A stretch of 64,000 bases of DNA. Origin: an uncultured Streptococcus sp. GTDB lineage: Bacteria > Bacillota > Bacilli > Lactobacillales > Streptococcaceae. Under the pieces are notes generated by a model. The model did no database searches and was not told the DNA's origin. It saw nothing but the letters and a program-made list of their open reading frames with translations. How positions within the stretch are numbered: the stretch's first letter is position 1; each line of letters starts with the position of its first letter. Positions 29,258 to 39,042 of this stretch are shown here, one piece after another. The stretch spans positions 87,484-151,483 of the forward strand of contig NZ_CABQHE010000002.1 of NCBI RefSeq assembly GCF_902463925.1, in the 5' to 3' direction. Made by a program: the position numbers and the translations under genes.

Positions 29258-31351
29258 ATGACAGAAAAAATTTCCGTAATTATTCCCGTTTACAATGTAG
29301 AAAATCAACTCCAGACCTGTCTAGACAGTGTCTTGGGTCAGACCTATCAAAATATTGAAATCATCCTTATCAATTATGGCTCAATAGACAATAGTGATGA
29401 CATTTGCCGTAGTTATGCTGCTAGGGACTCTCGTATCCTCTATTTTAAAAAGAATAATGGAGGGCTTTCAGATGCTCGCCATATTGGTATTCGTCAGTCT
29501 AAGGGAGCTTACGTAACCTATGTGGATGCTGAGGATTGGGTAGAGTCAACCTATCTAGAGGAGCTTTATAAGGCACTTCAAGTTCACAAGGCAGATATCG
29601 CAGTAGCTAATTACAGTGTTTATAAGGAATCGGAAGATCTCTTTTATTTTTATATCAAGGATGAAGATTATTACGAACAGGTCTATTCACCCGCTCAGAT
29701 TATTGATGGACTCTTTGAAGAAAGCAATAACATCAATATTGCTCTGATTTCAGCCACTGGAAAACTCTACAAACGTTCCTTGTTTAATGACTTACTTTTC
29801 CCAAAAGAGCATGCAGGAGAAGATGGTTTTTTCAACCTTAAGGCCTATCTCATGAGTGAGCGTACGGTTTATCTCAATAAGGGACTTTATGTTTACCGTG
29901 AGAGTCCAGAGATGCCATCGGCGACTTGGATGCAAGATTGGATGATGACTTTGGTTTATGCTATGGAGGAACGCTTGGCTATTGTTGCTAGCCATGGTTT
30001 CTCTCTGGAAAAATACATGGTTACCTATCGTCAGATGCTAGAGACCTGCTTGAAAAATGTGGAAGAACTAGGTCTCACAGATTCTGAAGCCTATCGCTCA
30101 ATTCAGGAAAAATTCCAAGTTTTGAGCTTGGCTCCTCGACGTTATGAGACTAAAAAGCATGCTATTGTCCTAGCAGCTAACTATGCCTATGTTGACCAAG
30201 TGCTTACGACCATAAAATCTATCGTTTTCCATCATCGCAATATTCGTTTTTACTTGATTAACGATGATTTCTCTCAAGAGTGGTTTAGGGGGCTCAACCG
30301 TCATCTAGCTGCTTTTGGTAGTGAAGTGATTAACTGTCGTGTAGATAGCAGTCATATCAAGCAATACAAGACCAATAGTAACTATGCTAGCTATTTACGC
30401 TATTTTGTGACGGACTTTGTATCTGAAGAGAGAGCTCTTTATTTGGATAGTGACATGGTGGTTACTGGTTCGCTAGAAGACCTCTTTACCCTTGATTTGC
30501 AAGGCCGTTCTTTGGCTGCTGTACGTGACTATGCTATTCAAGTTCAGAATCGTCAGATGATGTTTGATGCAGATTTCATGGTGATTGATATGACCTATTG
30601 GAAGCAATACAACATGAGAAACCACTTGATTGACATGACCAGCGAATGGCATGACAAGGTACCATTTGCCGAGCAGTCAATTCTTAATATGGTTTTTTGT
30701 AACAACTGGTTGGCTTTGTCTTTTGACAACAACTACGCTGTGACCAAGTCTAGTCTAGTTGGCTACCATCTGCCAAATGGTCAAGACTATCCAAAGGTTC
30801 TACACTATGATTCACACCGTAAGCCCTGGTTACCTTTGGCTTGCCAAGCTTATCGTGAGGTTTGGTGGTTCTATGCCCAAATGGATTGGTCAGAAGTAGC
30901 TGGAAATGCTTCCTTACTGCCACTTTCAGAGGACATGCTTTATCCTAAGGGCCGTCCATTTACATGTTTAGTTTACACCAACATTTCAGAAATCCCTCAT
31001 TTGACAGATCTAATCTCGGCTCTTCCTAAGGTACAATTTAAAATTGCCTCACGCCAGCATGTGTCAGACAAATTGGCCCAATTGATTACCTATCCAAATG
31101 TGACGGTTTACTCAGCCATTGCGGGCTTAAATGGGCTAGATTTGGAATTGGTGCGTACTAGTGACCTGCTTTTGGATATCAATCCAGGCAGAAAAGTAGT
31201 GGAAATTCTTGATGCCTTTAGGTTTGAAAACAAACCGATTTTAGGGTTTGAGGACCTCAAGTCAACCAAGCATAACCAACAGACCTACTCAAGAGATCGT
31301 TGGAAAGAAATGGCTGAGACCATCCGCCAGATGCGTAAGAAGAGCCTGTAA
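29258..31351 (+). CDS. bifunctional glycosyltransferase (N-terminal GT2 plus central GT8 domain), Gly-like enzyme of serine-rich-repeat-adhesin glycosylation loci
   Basis: 697 aa. GT-A DxD context SVIIPVYNVE…YVDAED. Second domain with YLDSDMVV (GT8 DxD). Sits immediately upstream of secY2, as the gly gene does in gspB-type loci. Confidence 0.8.
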   Translation: MTEKISVIIPVYNVENQLQTCLDSVLGQTYQNIEIILINYGSIDNSDDICRSYAARDSRILYFKKNNGGLSDARHIGIRQSKGAYVTYVDAEDWVESTYLEELYKALQVHKADIAVANYSVYKESEDLFYFYIKDEDYYEQVYSPAQIIDGLFEESNNINIALISATGKLYKRSLFNDLLFPKEHAGEDGFFNLKAYLMSERTVYLNKGLYVYRESPEMPSATWMQDWMMTLVYAMEERLAIVASHGFSLEKYMVTYRQMLETCLKNVEELGLTDSEAYRSIQEKFQVLSLAPRRYETKKHAIVLAANYAYVDQVLTTIKSIVFHHRNIRFYLINDDFSQEWFRGLNRHLAAFGSEVINCRVDSSHIKQYKTNSNYASYLRYFVTDFVSEERALYLDSDMVVTGSLEDLFTLDLQGRSLAAVRDYAIQVQNRQMMFDADFMVIDMTYWKQYNMRNHLIDMTSEWHDKVPFAEQSILNMVFCNNWLALSFDNNYAVTKSSLVGYHLPNGQDYPKVLHYDSHRKPWLPLACQAYREVWWFYAQMDWSEVAGNASLLPLSEDMLYPKGRPFTCLVYTNISEIPHLTDLISALPKVQFKIASRQHVSDKLAQLITYPNVTVYSAIAGLNGLDLELVRTSDLLLDINPGRKVVEILDAFRFENKPILGFEDLKSTKHNQQTYSRDRWKEMAETIRQMRKKSL

Positions 31352-31445
31352 TCCTTTATTTGGATAAGTGGTCTGAAATTTAGTTTATGTCTCATTTCTA
31401 ACGAAAAATATCAGTCTGTCTATAGGGCAGGAAGTAGGAGTAACA

Positions 31446-32474
31446 GTGAAAAAAATTGGTCAATCGATAATCACAAAACGTGTGTTATGGACCGTCTTTT
31501 TCCTCTTTATTTATTGTTTGGGAAATCGCTTGGTTCTACCGTTTGTGGATTTGAAAAATGCAAATATCTTTGGGGGAGCCATGGCTTCCTTGGGTTTCTC
31601 TAGTGCCATGATGGGTGGGAACCTCAGCTCTATGTCTCTTTTTTCAGTAGGCTTGTCACCCTGGATGTCAGCAATGATTCTCTGGCAGATGTTTTCTTTT
31701 TCTAAGAAAATGGGCTTAAAAAATCTTCCCGTCGAGATTCAGGATCGTAGACGAATGTACTTAGCTCTAGCAATTGCACTTGTCCAATCTCTGGCAGTGT
31801 CCTTGAACCTACCTATCGTTTCTGGGGTTAATGCCGGTCTCGTCGTTTTCATGAATACCATTTTATTGATTGCTGGGACCTTTCTCTTGGTTTGGTTATC
31901 AGACCTTAACTCTCTCCTTGGAATTGGAGGCTCCATTGTTATCTTGATGGCAAGTATGATGGCCAATCTGCCTTATCAAATCATGGATAGCGTTGAAAAG
32001 CTAGGTATTGGTTGGGAGGTTTTGTTTCCTCTGATTCTGTTCAGTTTGATTTTCCTCTATGTTTCAGGGGTTGTGCAGAGGGCTAGGTATCGTATCCCAA
32101 TCAATAAAATCAATATTCATAACCGCTTCAAACAATATTCTTACTTGGATATTATGTTGACCCCAGCCGGAGGGATACCTTTCATGTATGCCATGTCACT
32201 AGTCAGCATTCCACAGTATGTCTTTATGCTGATTCAATTTATCCATCCTGAAAACAAGTGGATCAGTGGTGCCATCAAGGCCTTGACGGTCGGTCAACCT
32301 CTTTGGTTGGCTGTTTATCTGGTCATGCTCTTCCTAAGACAGGTGAGGAAAACTCATCATTATCAATGGTATTTGGTGCTTTGGCATCTGCAACAGGTCT
32401 TGCTTTTCTTGCTAAACGTAAGACAGATGAAGAACGTGAGGACTATTAGTAGTTTAGTATTGCAAAAGATATAA
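31446..32474 (+). pseudogene. secY2: accessory Sec translocase SecY2, truncated after about 290 codons
   Basis: GTG start with AGGAG RBS. Multi-TM SecY-like N-terminal two-thirds. The last ~50 codons (…[16 protein letters not shown]…) look like out-of-frame translation of another gene. No asp1-3/secA2/gtfAB downstream. Confidence 0.7.
32300..32449 (+). pseudogene. orphan 3' end of a gene for an LPXTG cell-wall-anchored protein
   Basis: In the +2 frame relative to secY2: …[39 protein letters not shown]. This is a complete sortase sorting signal (LPKTG, hydrophobic stretch, charged tail). Confidence 0.6.
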
Positions 32475-32507
32475 CAATACTCAGAAAAGCACAAAAAACA
32501 CCTCTAT

Positions 32508-32545
32508 GTTAGATAACAATCTAGCTATGAGGTGTTTTTTATTTG
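32508..32545 (+). terminator. rho-independent terminator
   Basis: ACACCTC…GAGGTGT hairpin followed by TTTTTTATTT. Confidence 0.5.
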
Positions 32546-32676
32546 GGAATGTTGAGGTGGTAGACATTTCTTACTGTATGTCCCATGCTCCAAAGGCTGT
32601 TAAAGAAGTAGCAACTTACGTTGTTGATAACTTTTCAGATGCCGTTACACATTTGGAAAACTTGTTAGATTTATGA
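32539..32676 (+). pseudogene. possible 3' remnant of a Cof-type HAD phosphatase gene
   Basis: Translation …MSHAPKAVKEVATYVVDNFSDAVTHLENLLDL* resembles the Cof/YidA C-terminus (MGNA…VK..A.YVT..N..DGV…LE.LL). No upstream body. Confidence 0.3.
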
Positions 32677-33257
32677 TGTTAACATTCAATATCTAGAATG
32701 AAAGTAGATTGGAACTAAGTCCTAATCTACTTTTTGTTATAACTTGATTGAAGTTGAATAGCTTAGATTTAAAAGAAGATATGGTGGAAAAACATTTCGA
32801 TAAGAACGGTGACACAGCTTCATCTGTTGATAGCATAACTAACATTGAGATGAGGGTAAAGTCTCTAAATACAAGAGGCCAATTAATCTCTCAAATGAGG
32901 AAAAAGCAAACAAAGGTAAGATTGAGGAAACTATCAATATCTCAGACTTCATCGTATCGTTAACGGGTCTAGGACTTGGCCGTAACGGATGTAAGAAGAA
33001 TAAAAAGGTCACAAAGGTCAAACAAGGAAAATAATTAAAAAACCTGAAACACTCAGGCATGCCCAGACAGAAAGAAAATCTCAAGTTGCATAGAGCACTT
33101 AGATTTTTTTGTTAATGAATTGTCTTAAGGTTACGGAAATTACTAAATATGATAAAAGTATGAAAGGACTTTACTTACTTTTACAGCACACATTCGCTTG
33201 TGGTAACATCACTTCTATACTACAATATAGGAGAAGAAGCAATAAGAGGAGAATGCC

Positions 33258-33821
33258 ATGCCGACAGAATATGAAAAAATGATAGCAGGTGATTTTTATA
33301 AACCTAGCGATCCTGAATTACGTGCTTTAGCAGCTAAATCTAGAGAAAAGCAAATGGCCTTTAATGCTGAACCTGACCGTCTCAAGAGGGCAGAGATTGT
33401 CAAATCTTGGTTTGGTTCGACTGGTGACAACCTTGCCATGAATCCTCAGTTCGTTACGGATTACGGTGTAAATATCTATCTGGGTGAAAATTTTTACTCC
33501 AACTGGAATTTGACCATGCTGGATATTTGTCCCATCACTATTGGTGACAATGCCATGATTGGTCCCAATTGTCAGTTTTTAACACCGCTTCATCCGCTTG
33601 ATCCAACTGAGCGTAATTCAGTCATTGAATATGGAGCACCAATTACCATTGGCGATAATTTCTGGGCTGGTGGAGGTGTAACCATCCTCCCAGGCGTGAC
33701 TTTAGGGGATAACGTAGTAGCTGGAGCAGGAGCCGTTGTGACCAAGTCTTTTGGCGACAACGTGGTTCTTGGTGGAAATCCAGCGCGTGTGATTAAGGAA
33801 ATTCCTGTAAAGAAAGACTAA
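33258..33821 (+). CDS. maa: maltose/galactoside O-acetyltransferase (hexapeptide-repeat family)
   Basis: 187 aa. N-terminal Mac domain, left-handed beta-helix repeats (ITIGDN…IGPN…ITIGDN…), C-terminal GGNPARVIKEI. Confidence 0.82.
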   Translation: MPTEYEKMIAGDFYKPSDPELRALAAKSREKQMAFNAEPDRLKRAEIVKSWFGSTGDNLAMNPQFVTDYGVNIYLGENFYSNWNLTMLDICPITIGDNAMIGPNCQFLTPLHPLDPTERNSVIEYGAPITIGDNFWAGGGVTILPGVTLGDNVVAGAGAVVTKSFGDNVVLGGNPARVIKEIPVKKD

Positions 33822-33827
33822 ATGAAG

Positions 33828-33870
33828 TAACTCAAGAATTCTAGATACTTGAGTTTTTCTATTTTTTGAA
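33828..33870 (+). terminator. rho-independent terminator after maa
   Basis: AACTCAAG…CTTGAGTT hairpin followed by TTTTCTATTTTTTG. Confidence 0.5.
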
Positions 33871-33950
33871 AGAATCTATTGACTTTAGTTGATAATTCTT
33901 CTATACTATTAATTGTTAGTTAGCTAACAATATAATTAAGGAGTAATTTT

Positions 33951-34361
33951 TTGGACCATTTTGGACGCTTGTTGAAGCAAGCAAATAACAACATGATGCG
34001 CCACTTTGATCAGTTTGCCCAACAATATGATTTGACTGGAAATCAGATGGCCATTATCGATTTTATAACCAATCATGCTGATCATGAGGTGTTTCAACGT
34101 GACATTGAGCACGAATTTGAGATTCAAAGGTCAACAACAACAGTGCTCTTACAGCGGATGGAGAAGAAAGGCTTGATTGAACGCCACACTTCTTCAAAAG
34201 ATGCTAGGCAAAAGGCGGTTATTCTCACGGATAAAGCCCTTAACATCGCTTCTGCCTGTCAATCTTATCTTCGAAAAGAGGAAGAAGAGTTTGCCCAGCA
34301 ATTTTCAGCTAAAGAGCGAGAAGTCTTTCTCAAAATCTTACAACACTACCGTAATATTTAA
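33951..34361 (+). CDS. MarR family transcriptional regulator
   Basis: 136 aa. Winged helix (LTGNQMAIIDFI…RSTTTVLLQRMEKKGLIER). TTG start 7 nt after AAGGAG. Imperfect palindrome TTGTTAGTTAGCTAACAA in its promoter (33913-33930). Confidence 0.82.
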   Translation: MDHFGRLLKQANNNMMRHFDQFAQQYDLTGNQMAIIDFITNHADHEVFQRDIEHEFEIQRSTTTVLLQRMEKKGLIERHTSSKDARQKAVILTDKALNIASACQSYLRKEEEEFAQQFSAKEREVFLKILQHYRNI

Positions 34362-34386
34362 GTTAATCTAGGAGGAACAAATACTT

Positions 34387-35772
34387 ATGTCAGACGAAAA
34401 AATCTCCACCAAGGTCCTGTGTGCCATCTTTGCGACAGGAATCCTTTCATTTTGTGGAGTAGCTGGTGAAACAGCTATGAACATCACCTTTCCTGTATTG
34501 ATGAAGGCATTTTCAGTCAATACGTCAACGGTACAGTGGGTTACAACCATTTATCTCCTAGTGGTGGCTTGCGTGGTTCCCTTATCTGCCTATCTCAAGC
34601 GCTCGTTTAGGATGAAAACCATCTTTCTGGTCGCAAATCTCTTGTCTATTTTAGGTGTTCTTATCGACTTTATAGCACCTAGTTTCGGCTTTGTTGTTTT
34701 GGGACGATTAGTTCAAGGGATGGGTGTTGGTTTTGCCCTACCTCTCATGTTTAACATCATTTTGGAGCAGGTGCCAAGCCGTAAGATTGGTCTTATGATG
34801 GGGGTTGGTACACTGATTACAGCAGTTGCACCAGCCATTGGCCCAACTGTTGGGGGTCTTCTAACGGCACACTTTGGTTGGCGTTCTATTTTCCTTGTTC
34901 AGTTTCCTATTCTCTTGGCTTCACTGGTTGCAGGGCTTCGCTCGATTGAGCAAAAGAGTGAGGTGCAACGTGAATCTTTAGATATCCTCAGTCTACTGGC
35001 TACCATCTTTCTTTTCTTGGGCTTGATTTTAGGCCTTCATGGAATTGCTGATCATGCTTTCTTCAGTTTCTCAGTATTAGGTTGGCTTTTGATTGGTATC
35101 TTAGGTCTTGTCATTTTGATTTGGCGTTCAACAACATTGGACAGGCCTATTATCAACCTCTCCATTTTGAAAAATCGTAAACTGACCGGTCATATCATAG
35201 CTTTCTTTTCTGTTCAATTGGGATCCCTTGCGATGAGTTTCCTCCTGCCAAACTATGTGCAGTTGGTTAACCATTCGAATACAACTTCTGCAGCCTTAAT
35301 GTTGCTTCCAGGTGCCATTATTGGTGCAGGGTTCGCTCCGTTCTCAGGTATCATTTTAGATAAGATGGGAGCTCGTAAACCGATTCTGATTGGAGCAATC
35401 TTTATCGTACTTGCTCAGTTGCTATTTAGCTTGTTCGGACTCTCTCTTTCAAATACCTTGATTCTCGTCTTTTACATGATTTTCATGACGGGGATTGGCG
35501 TTTCCTTTGGTAATGTCATGACCAATGGACAGAAACAACTGTCACTTGATCAACGCGCCGATGCTAATGCCATCTTTAACACACTCCAACAATTTGCAGG
35601 AGCAGTGGGAACAACGTTAGCCTCTCTAATTGTTGCTATGAGTCAAGCCAATCACAAGATTGACTTTGCGCAAGCAACAGCACAAGGAAGTCGAAACGGA
35701 TTTATGGTCCTATTTGCTCTAGCCATTTTCCAACTCCTTGTCTTAATTAGTGTTGTTAAAAAGAATGATTAA
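34387..35772 (+). CDS. MFS transporter, DHA2-like 14-TM drug:H+ antiporter
   Basis: 461 aa, 14 predicted TM segments. GRLVQGMGVG motif-A-like loop. Paired with the upstream MarR. Confidence 0.85.
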   Translation: MSDEKISTKVLCAIFATGILSFCGVAGETAMNITFPVLMKAFSVNTSTVQWVTTIYLLVVACVVPLSAYLKRSFRMKTIFLVANLLSILGVLIDFIAPSFGFVVLGRLVQGMGVGFALPLMFNIILEQVPSRKIGLMMGVGTLITAVAPAIGPTVGGLLTAHFGWRSIFLVQFPILLASLVAGLRSIEQKSEVQRESLDILSLLATIFLFLGLILGLHGIADHAFFSFSVLGWLLIGILGLVILIWRSTTLDRPIINLSILKNRKLTGHIIAFFSVQLGSLAMSFLLPNYVQLVNHSNTTSAALMLLPGAIIGAGFAPFSGIILDKMGARKPILIGAIFIVLAQLLFSLFGLSLSNTLILVFYMIFMTGIGVSFGNVMTNGQKQLSLDQRADANAIFNTLQQFAGAVGTTLASLIVAMSQANHKIDFAQATAQGSRNGFMVLFALAIFQLLVLISVVKKND

Positions 35773-36133
35773 TAAAGAGATTGAAGCAAAGGAAACATGC
35801 TTTCCCTTGCTTTTTCTTTTCTTTAACCAAGTGCTAATTTTACTGAAAATAATAGTTGGATTTAAAGTTTTTTATCTATAATAGACTTAAAGAAAAACAG
35901 TCTTCGATGAAGATAATAGAAGGAAAGATCAATGTCCTACGGATTGCTTAACGGTTTCTACGAGGAATTTTTCTTCCTAGGACTTTTGACTTCACTTATC
36001 GGTAAGAGGTTTAGAAGTTTAATAGAACCTTCTTGTATAGGGTGAATATTTTGAAGTGCTGAGACATTTTCAATAAAAGCGGGCTCTTTACGAATAAGAT
36101 AGTCAATAATAAGAGGCAAAAAAACAATTATAT

Positions 36134-36375
36134 TATAGGAAGAAATGCTTCGAAAAGGGAATTGGTGAGATTCTTATAGTCTTTATTCATGCACCAATCA
36201 TTGAAACCATAGGACCAGAAGTTGAGATTTTAGCTTAAGTCAACGGAGCTATCGTGACAGCTAAAGAAAAAAATATGCTGGTCAACTCGTTTCATTCAGA
36301 ATTAACAGGTGATACAAAGGTTCATGCCTATTTTATAGAGATGATTAGTCAGTCAAAAAAAAAAGAAAAGCTTTG
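36134..36375 (+). pseudogene. pdxT: pdxT (PLP synthase glutaminase subunit) C-terminal remnant with an internal stop
   Basis: Translation [62 protein letters not shown] matches the PdxT C-terminus (FIRAP.I…VEVLA…IVA..QG..L..SFHPELT.D.RVH.YF.EMV). No pdxS and no pdxT N-terminus. Confidence 0.62.
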
Positions 36376-36546
36376 ATTCAAATTTCATAATTTTTGTTCA
36401 CGCAAAAAATCCAGGACCTGTGCCCTGGACTTAGGAGATTATGAAAAAGAAAAGTTTTAGGATGGTTATAGTATATAAAGCAAAGCCTAAAGTTTTCTTA
36501 AAGTAGAGAAGAAATTATAAAAAATAGGTAAAAAGGAAGTTGGTAG

Positions 36547-37113
36547 TTGGTCGACTTCCTTTTCTTTTTTCCAAATCCTAATAGAATTGTTGCTCATATA
36601 ATTAAAAGAAAGCACTCTATTCGTGTTATCGGTACGGCTTACAGCAATCGTTCAGATTCTATTATCTTTGAAAATGGTAAGGCTCGCTACATCACAAAAG
36701 CAGGCGAAATCGGACGTAGCATCTTTGTCTACAGCCCAGCAACTAAGGCATGGAACTACTTTGATAAAGAAGGTAACCGTGTCACAGGCGTCAGTATATT
36801 GATGGAAATCTCTATTACTTCAAGGAAGATGGTAGCCAAGCTAAGGGTGAAATTGTCGAGGAAAATGGCATTAAGTATTACTATGAGCCAGGCTCAGGTA
36901 TTCTCGCTAGCGGATGCTACCTCCAAGTAGGTGATGACCAGTGGATGTACTTTAAACAAGAAGGTTCACTAGCTATCGGCCAAGTTCGTGCGGACGGTGG
37001 TTTACCTCAAATACTTTGATGAAAATGGTATCCAATACAAAGGCAAGGCCGTTAAGGTCGGCAGTTGTTACAAGTACTATGACGAGGGAAAATTCTCAAG
37101 AAAAAGATCGTGA
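36547..37113 (+). pseudogene. C-terminal glucan-binding (YG / cell-wall-binding) repeat region of a glucosyltransferase or glucan-binding protein, with at least 2 frameshifts and no catalytic domain
   Basis: Three frames together give …AWNYFDKEGNRVTG / QYIDGNLYYFKEDGSQAKGEIVEENGIKYYYEPGSGILASGCYLQVGDDQWMYFKQEG / YLKYFDENGIQYKGKAVKVGSCYKYYDEGKFSRKRS*. These are classic Gtf/Gbp YG repeats. Confidence 0.68.
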
Positions 37114-37160
37114 AAACGGTCTTTTTTTGTACTTCTATTTAGACTTTTTTCGAAATAGTC

Positions 37161-37195
37161 TTGACAGTAGTTTATGAAAAGCGTAGAATCTTTTT
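37161..37195 (+). promoter_or_regulatory. near-consensus sigma-70 promoter (TTGACA-N17-TAGAAT)
   Basis: cTTGACAgtagtttatgaaaagcgTAGAATc. The only downstream coding potential is small overlapping ORFs. Confidence 0.55.
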
Positions 37196-37309
37196 CAAAA
37201 AAAGAATATAGGTGTGCTCACCAAAATAGCATTTTTTCCCGAATTCGATGATAGTTTAAATCAAATGGTTACCTTGAGAAAAGCAGGACTTATTTAGGGA
37301 GTGAGCTAA

Positions 37310-37420
37310 ATGACAAAAAGCAATAACACGCAAAATACGGATATCTTAAACAATATCTATAATCTTATTATAAATCCAGAAACAACTGAAAATGAGAGAG
37401 TTGCTCGTAACGTTTAAAAA
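37310..37420 (+). CDS. small ORF (36 aa) with a good RBS; possibly the 5' part of a frameshifted gene continuing in the 37392 ORF
   Basis: AGGGAG 8 nt upstream of the ATG. MTKSNNTQNTDILNNIYNLIINPETTENERVARNV*. Confidence 0.3.
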
Positions 37421-37637
37421 TGAAATAGAAGTTGGGAAGAAGGATAATGACGAACTTCTTGCAGAATTAAGGAGAGCTATTCAGGCTCTAGCAGTCCGCA
37501 ATCTTTCTAAAGGGAAATCACTGAGTTCTGGAGTGAGTGACTTGAGTAAGACGCTCACAGAATTCCAAGAAAAATCAGAGCGTAACATTAATCTAGCAAG
37601 AGGGTTAACATCACTCGGCAGTTTGTCTTTTAAATGA
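37392..37637 (+). CDS. hypothetical 81-aa protein (helical, charged); may be the continuation of the 37310 ORF after a +1 shift
   Basis: ORF overlapping the 36-aa ORF in another frame. No recognisable family. Confidence 0.3.
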   Translation: MRELLVTFKNEIEVGKKDNDELLAELRRAIQALAVRNLSKGKSLSSGVSDLSKTLTEFQEKSERNINLARGLTSLGSLSFK

Positions 37638-37782
37638 TTTATCTGCTTGTGATGATTAGTAAAATGACCAAAAAGATCACCTGAATTGAACCGACTAAGT
37701 TGTATTCTGTTTTTTGCTATTGATTACTTAATTGAGATATCAAAAAAGCCACTGGTATACAAAACCAATGGCTTTCAACAAT

Positions 37783-39042
37783 TTATTTCTTCTTCCCTAG
37801 TACAAAATAATGGCTAGGGATTTGTTGTGTCAAACTGACGGCGATGGCGATGGTAAATGAGGCTAGGAAACAAGATCGTAGGAAGCTGAGGCCTAGGTCT
37901 GCATTTCCAATCAATAGGAAGTAGATGGCACGGTAGAAGCTCATTCCTGGAATGAGTGGGAACATGCTTGAGGCTAGGAAGACTGTAGCTGGACATCTAC
38001 GGTAGCGGGCCAAAAAGCGTGAGATGAAAGTGACCAGAAGGGCAGGGAAGAGGATGGCTAAGACTTCGTGATGGGTATTGTTCCAAATCAAGAGGTAGAG
38101 GAGCCATGAGCCTGCACCTAGGGTTCCGAGGTCCAAGAAGTATTTCTTAGGCACTCGGTAAAGCACGGAGAAGGCTGCTGTCCCCAGTCCAGCCATGAAG
38201 GTCTGAATCAAGACCTCCTGCCATGAGGTGGACGGTGTAGAGAACATGCCTGATAATTGTTCTGCAAAGGGAAGAATGGAAATCATGGCAAGAACACCGA
38301 CAGAGATAGATAGACAAGTGGAGACCCCTGACAACATCAGGGCTAGACCACTATAGTAGTTGTTCTGGGTGAATTCTCGGATGGCATTAACAAAGTAGGC
38401 CCCAGGAATCAAGATCATCAAGGTTCCCAGGATAATCACGCTACGATGATGGCCGATTCCTAGATAGTAGAGAACATTGGCTGATAAAGCAGCAATGGCA
38501 CTAGAGAGGATAATTTGCAAGAAACTGGTATGAATAAAACGTGAAAAGAGCTGCATACCAATCCCTACAAAAAGTCCCGATATAGCCGCAGCAGTTCCAT
38601 CAATCCAGCCACTTCCAAGGGCTAGCGAGAAGCTTCCTGCACCAATGACACAGGCTATAATGTCCTCTAAAGGACGATAGAAAGTCTTTTGTTCTATGGT
38701 TTTCAGCTTTTGAAAAATGCTTGATACAGGCTGATTTGGCTGCTCTGCCAGTTCACGAGATAGGCGGTTAACTTCCTCGAGTTTGCCCAGATGGATAGAA
38801 GGAGCTGAGGTAGCTAGGACACGAGACTCCTTAAGACCTGAGCGGTTGAGTCCGGAGATCATGAGCCCTCGATTGACCACGTAAGTGGAGAAGTCTCTGA
38901 TGCCAAGAGACTTAGCCATGTGTCCCATAGTGTCTTCAATACGGTAAATCTCAGCACCGCTCTCCATAAGGATACGACCTGCCTGAAGGACGGCATCCAT
39001 TTCGTTTTTAGTTTCTGTCTCTCTTGGGAAATCGATGGTCAT
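37783..39042 (-). CDS. threonine/serine exporter family protein (ThrE-like, fused DUF1212+DUF3815 architecture)
   Basis: 419 aa. N-terminal soluble region plus about 10 TM helices. Typical streptococcal ThrE-family composition. Confidence 0.78.
   Translation of the reverse strand: MTIDFPRETETKNEMDAVLQAGRILMESGAEIYRIEDTMGHMAKSLGIRDFSTYVVNRGLMISGLNRSGLKESRVLATSAPSIHLGKLEEVNRLSRELAEQPNQPVSSIFQKLKTIEQKTFYRPLEDIIACVIGAGSFSLALGSGWIDGTAAAISGLFVGIGMQLFSRFIHTSFLQIILSSAIAALSANVLYYLGIGHHRSVIILGTLMILIPGAYFVNAIREFTQNNYYSGLALMLSGVSTCLSISVGVLAMISILPFAEQLSGMFSTPSTSWQEVLIQTFMAGLGTAAFSVLYRVPKKYFLDLGTLGAGSWLLYLLIWNNTHHEVLAILFPALLVTFISRFLARYRRCPATVFLASSMFPLIPGMSFYRAIYFLLIGNADLGLSFLRSCFLASFTIAIAVSLTQQIPSHYFVLGKKK

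Noticed and set aside
32748-32963. 71-aa ORF in the decayed region after the secY2 scar
   Set aside because: No RBS and no recognisable motif, and it lies among gene fragments. It cannot be supported as a gene, though it could be a further remnant.
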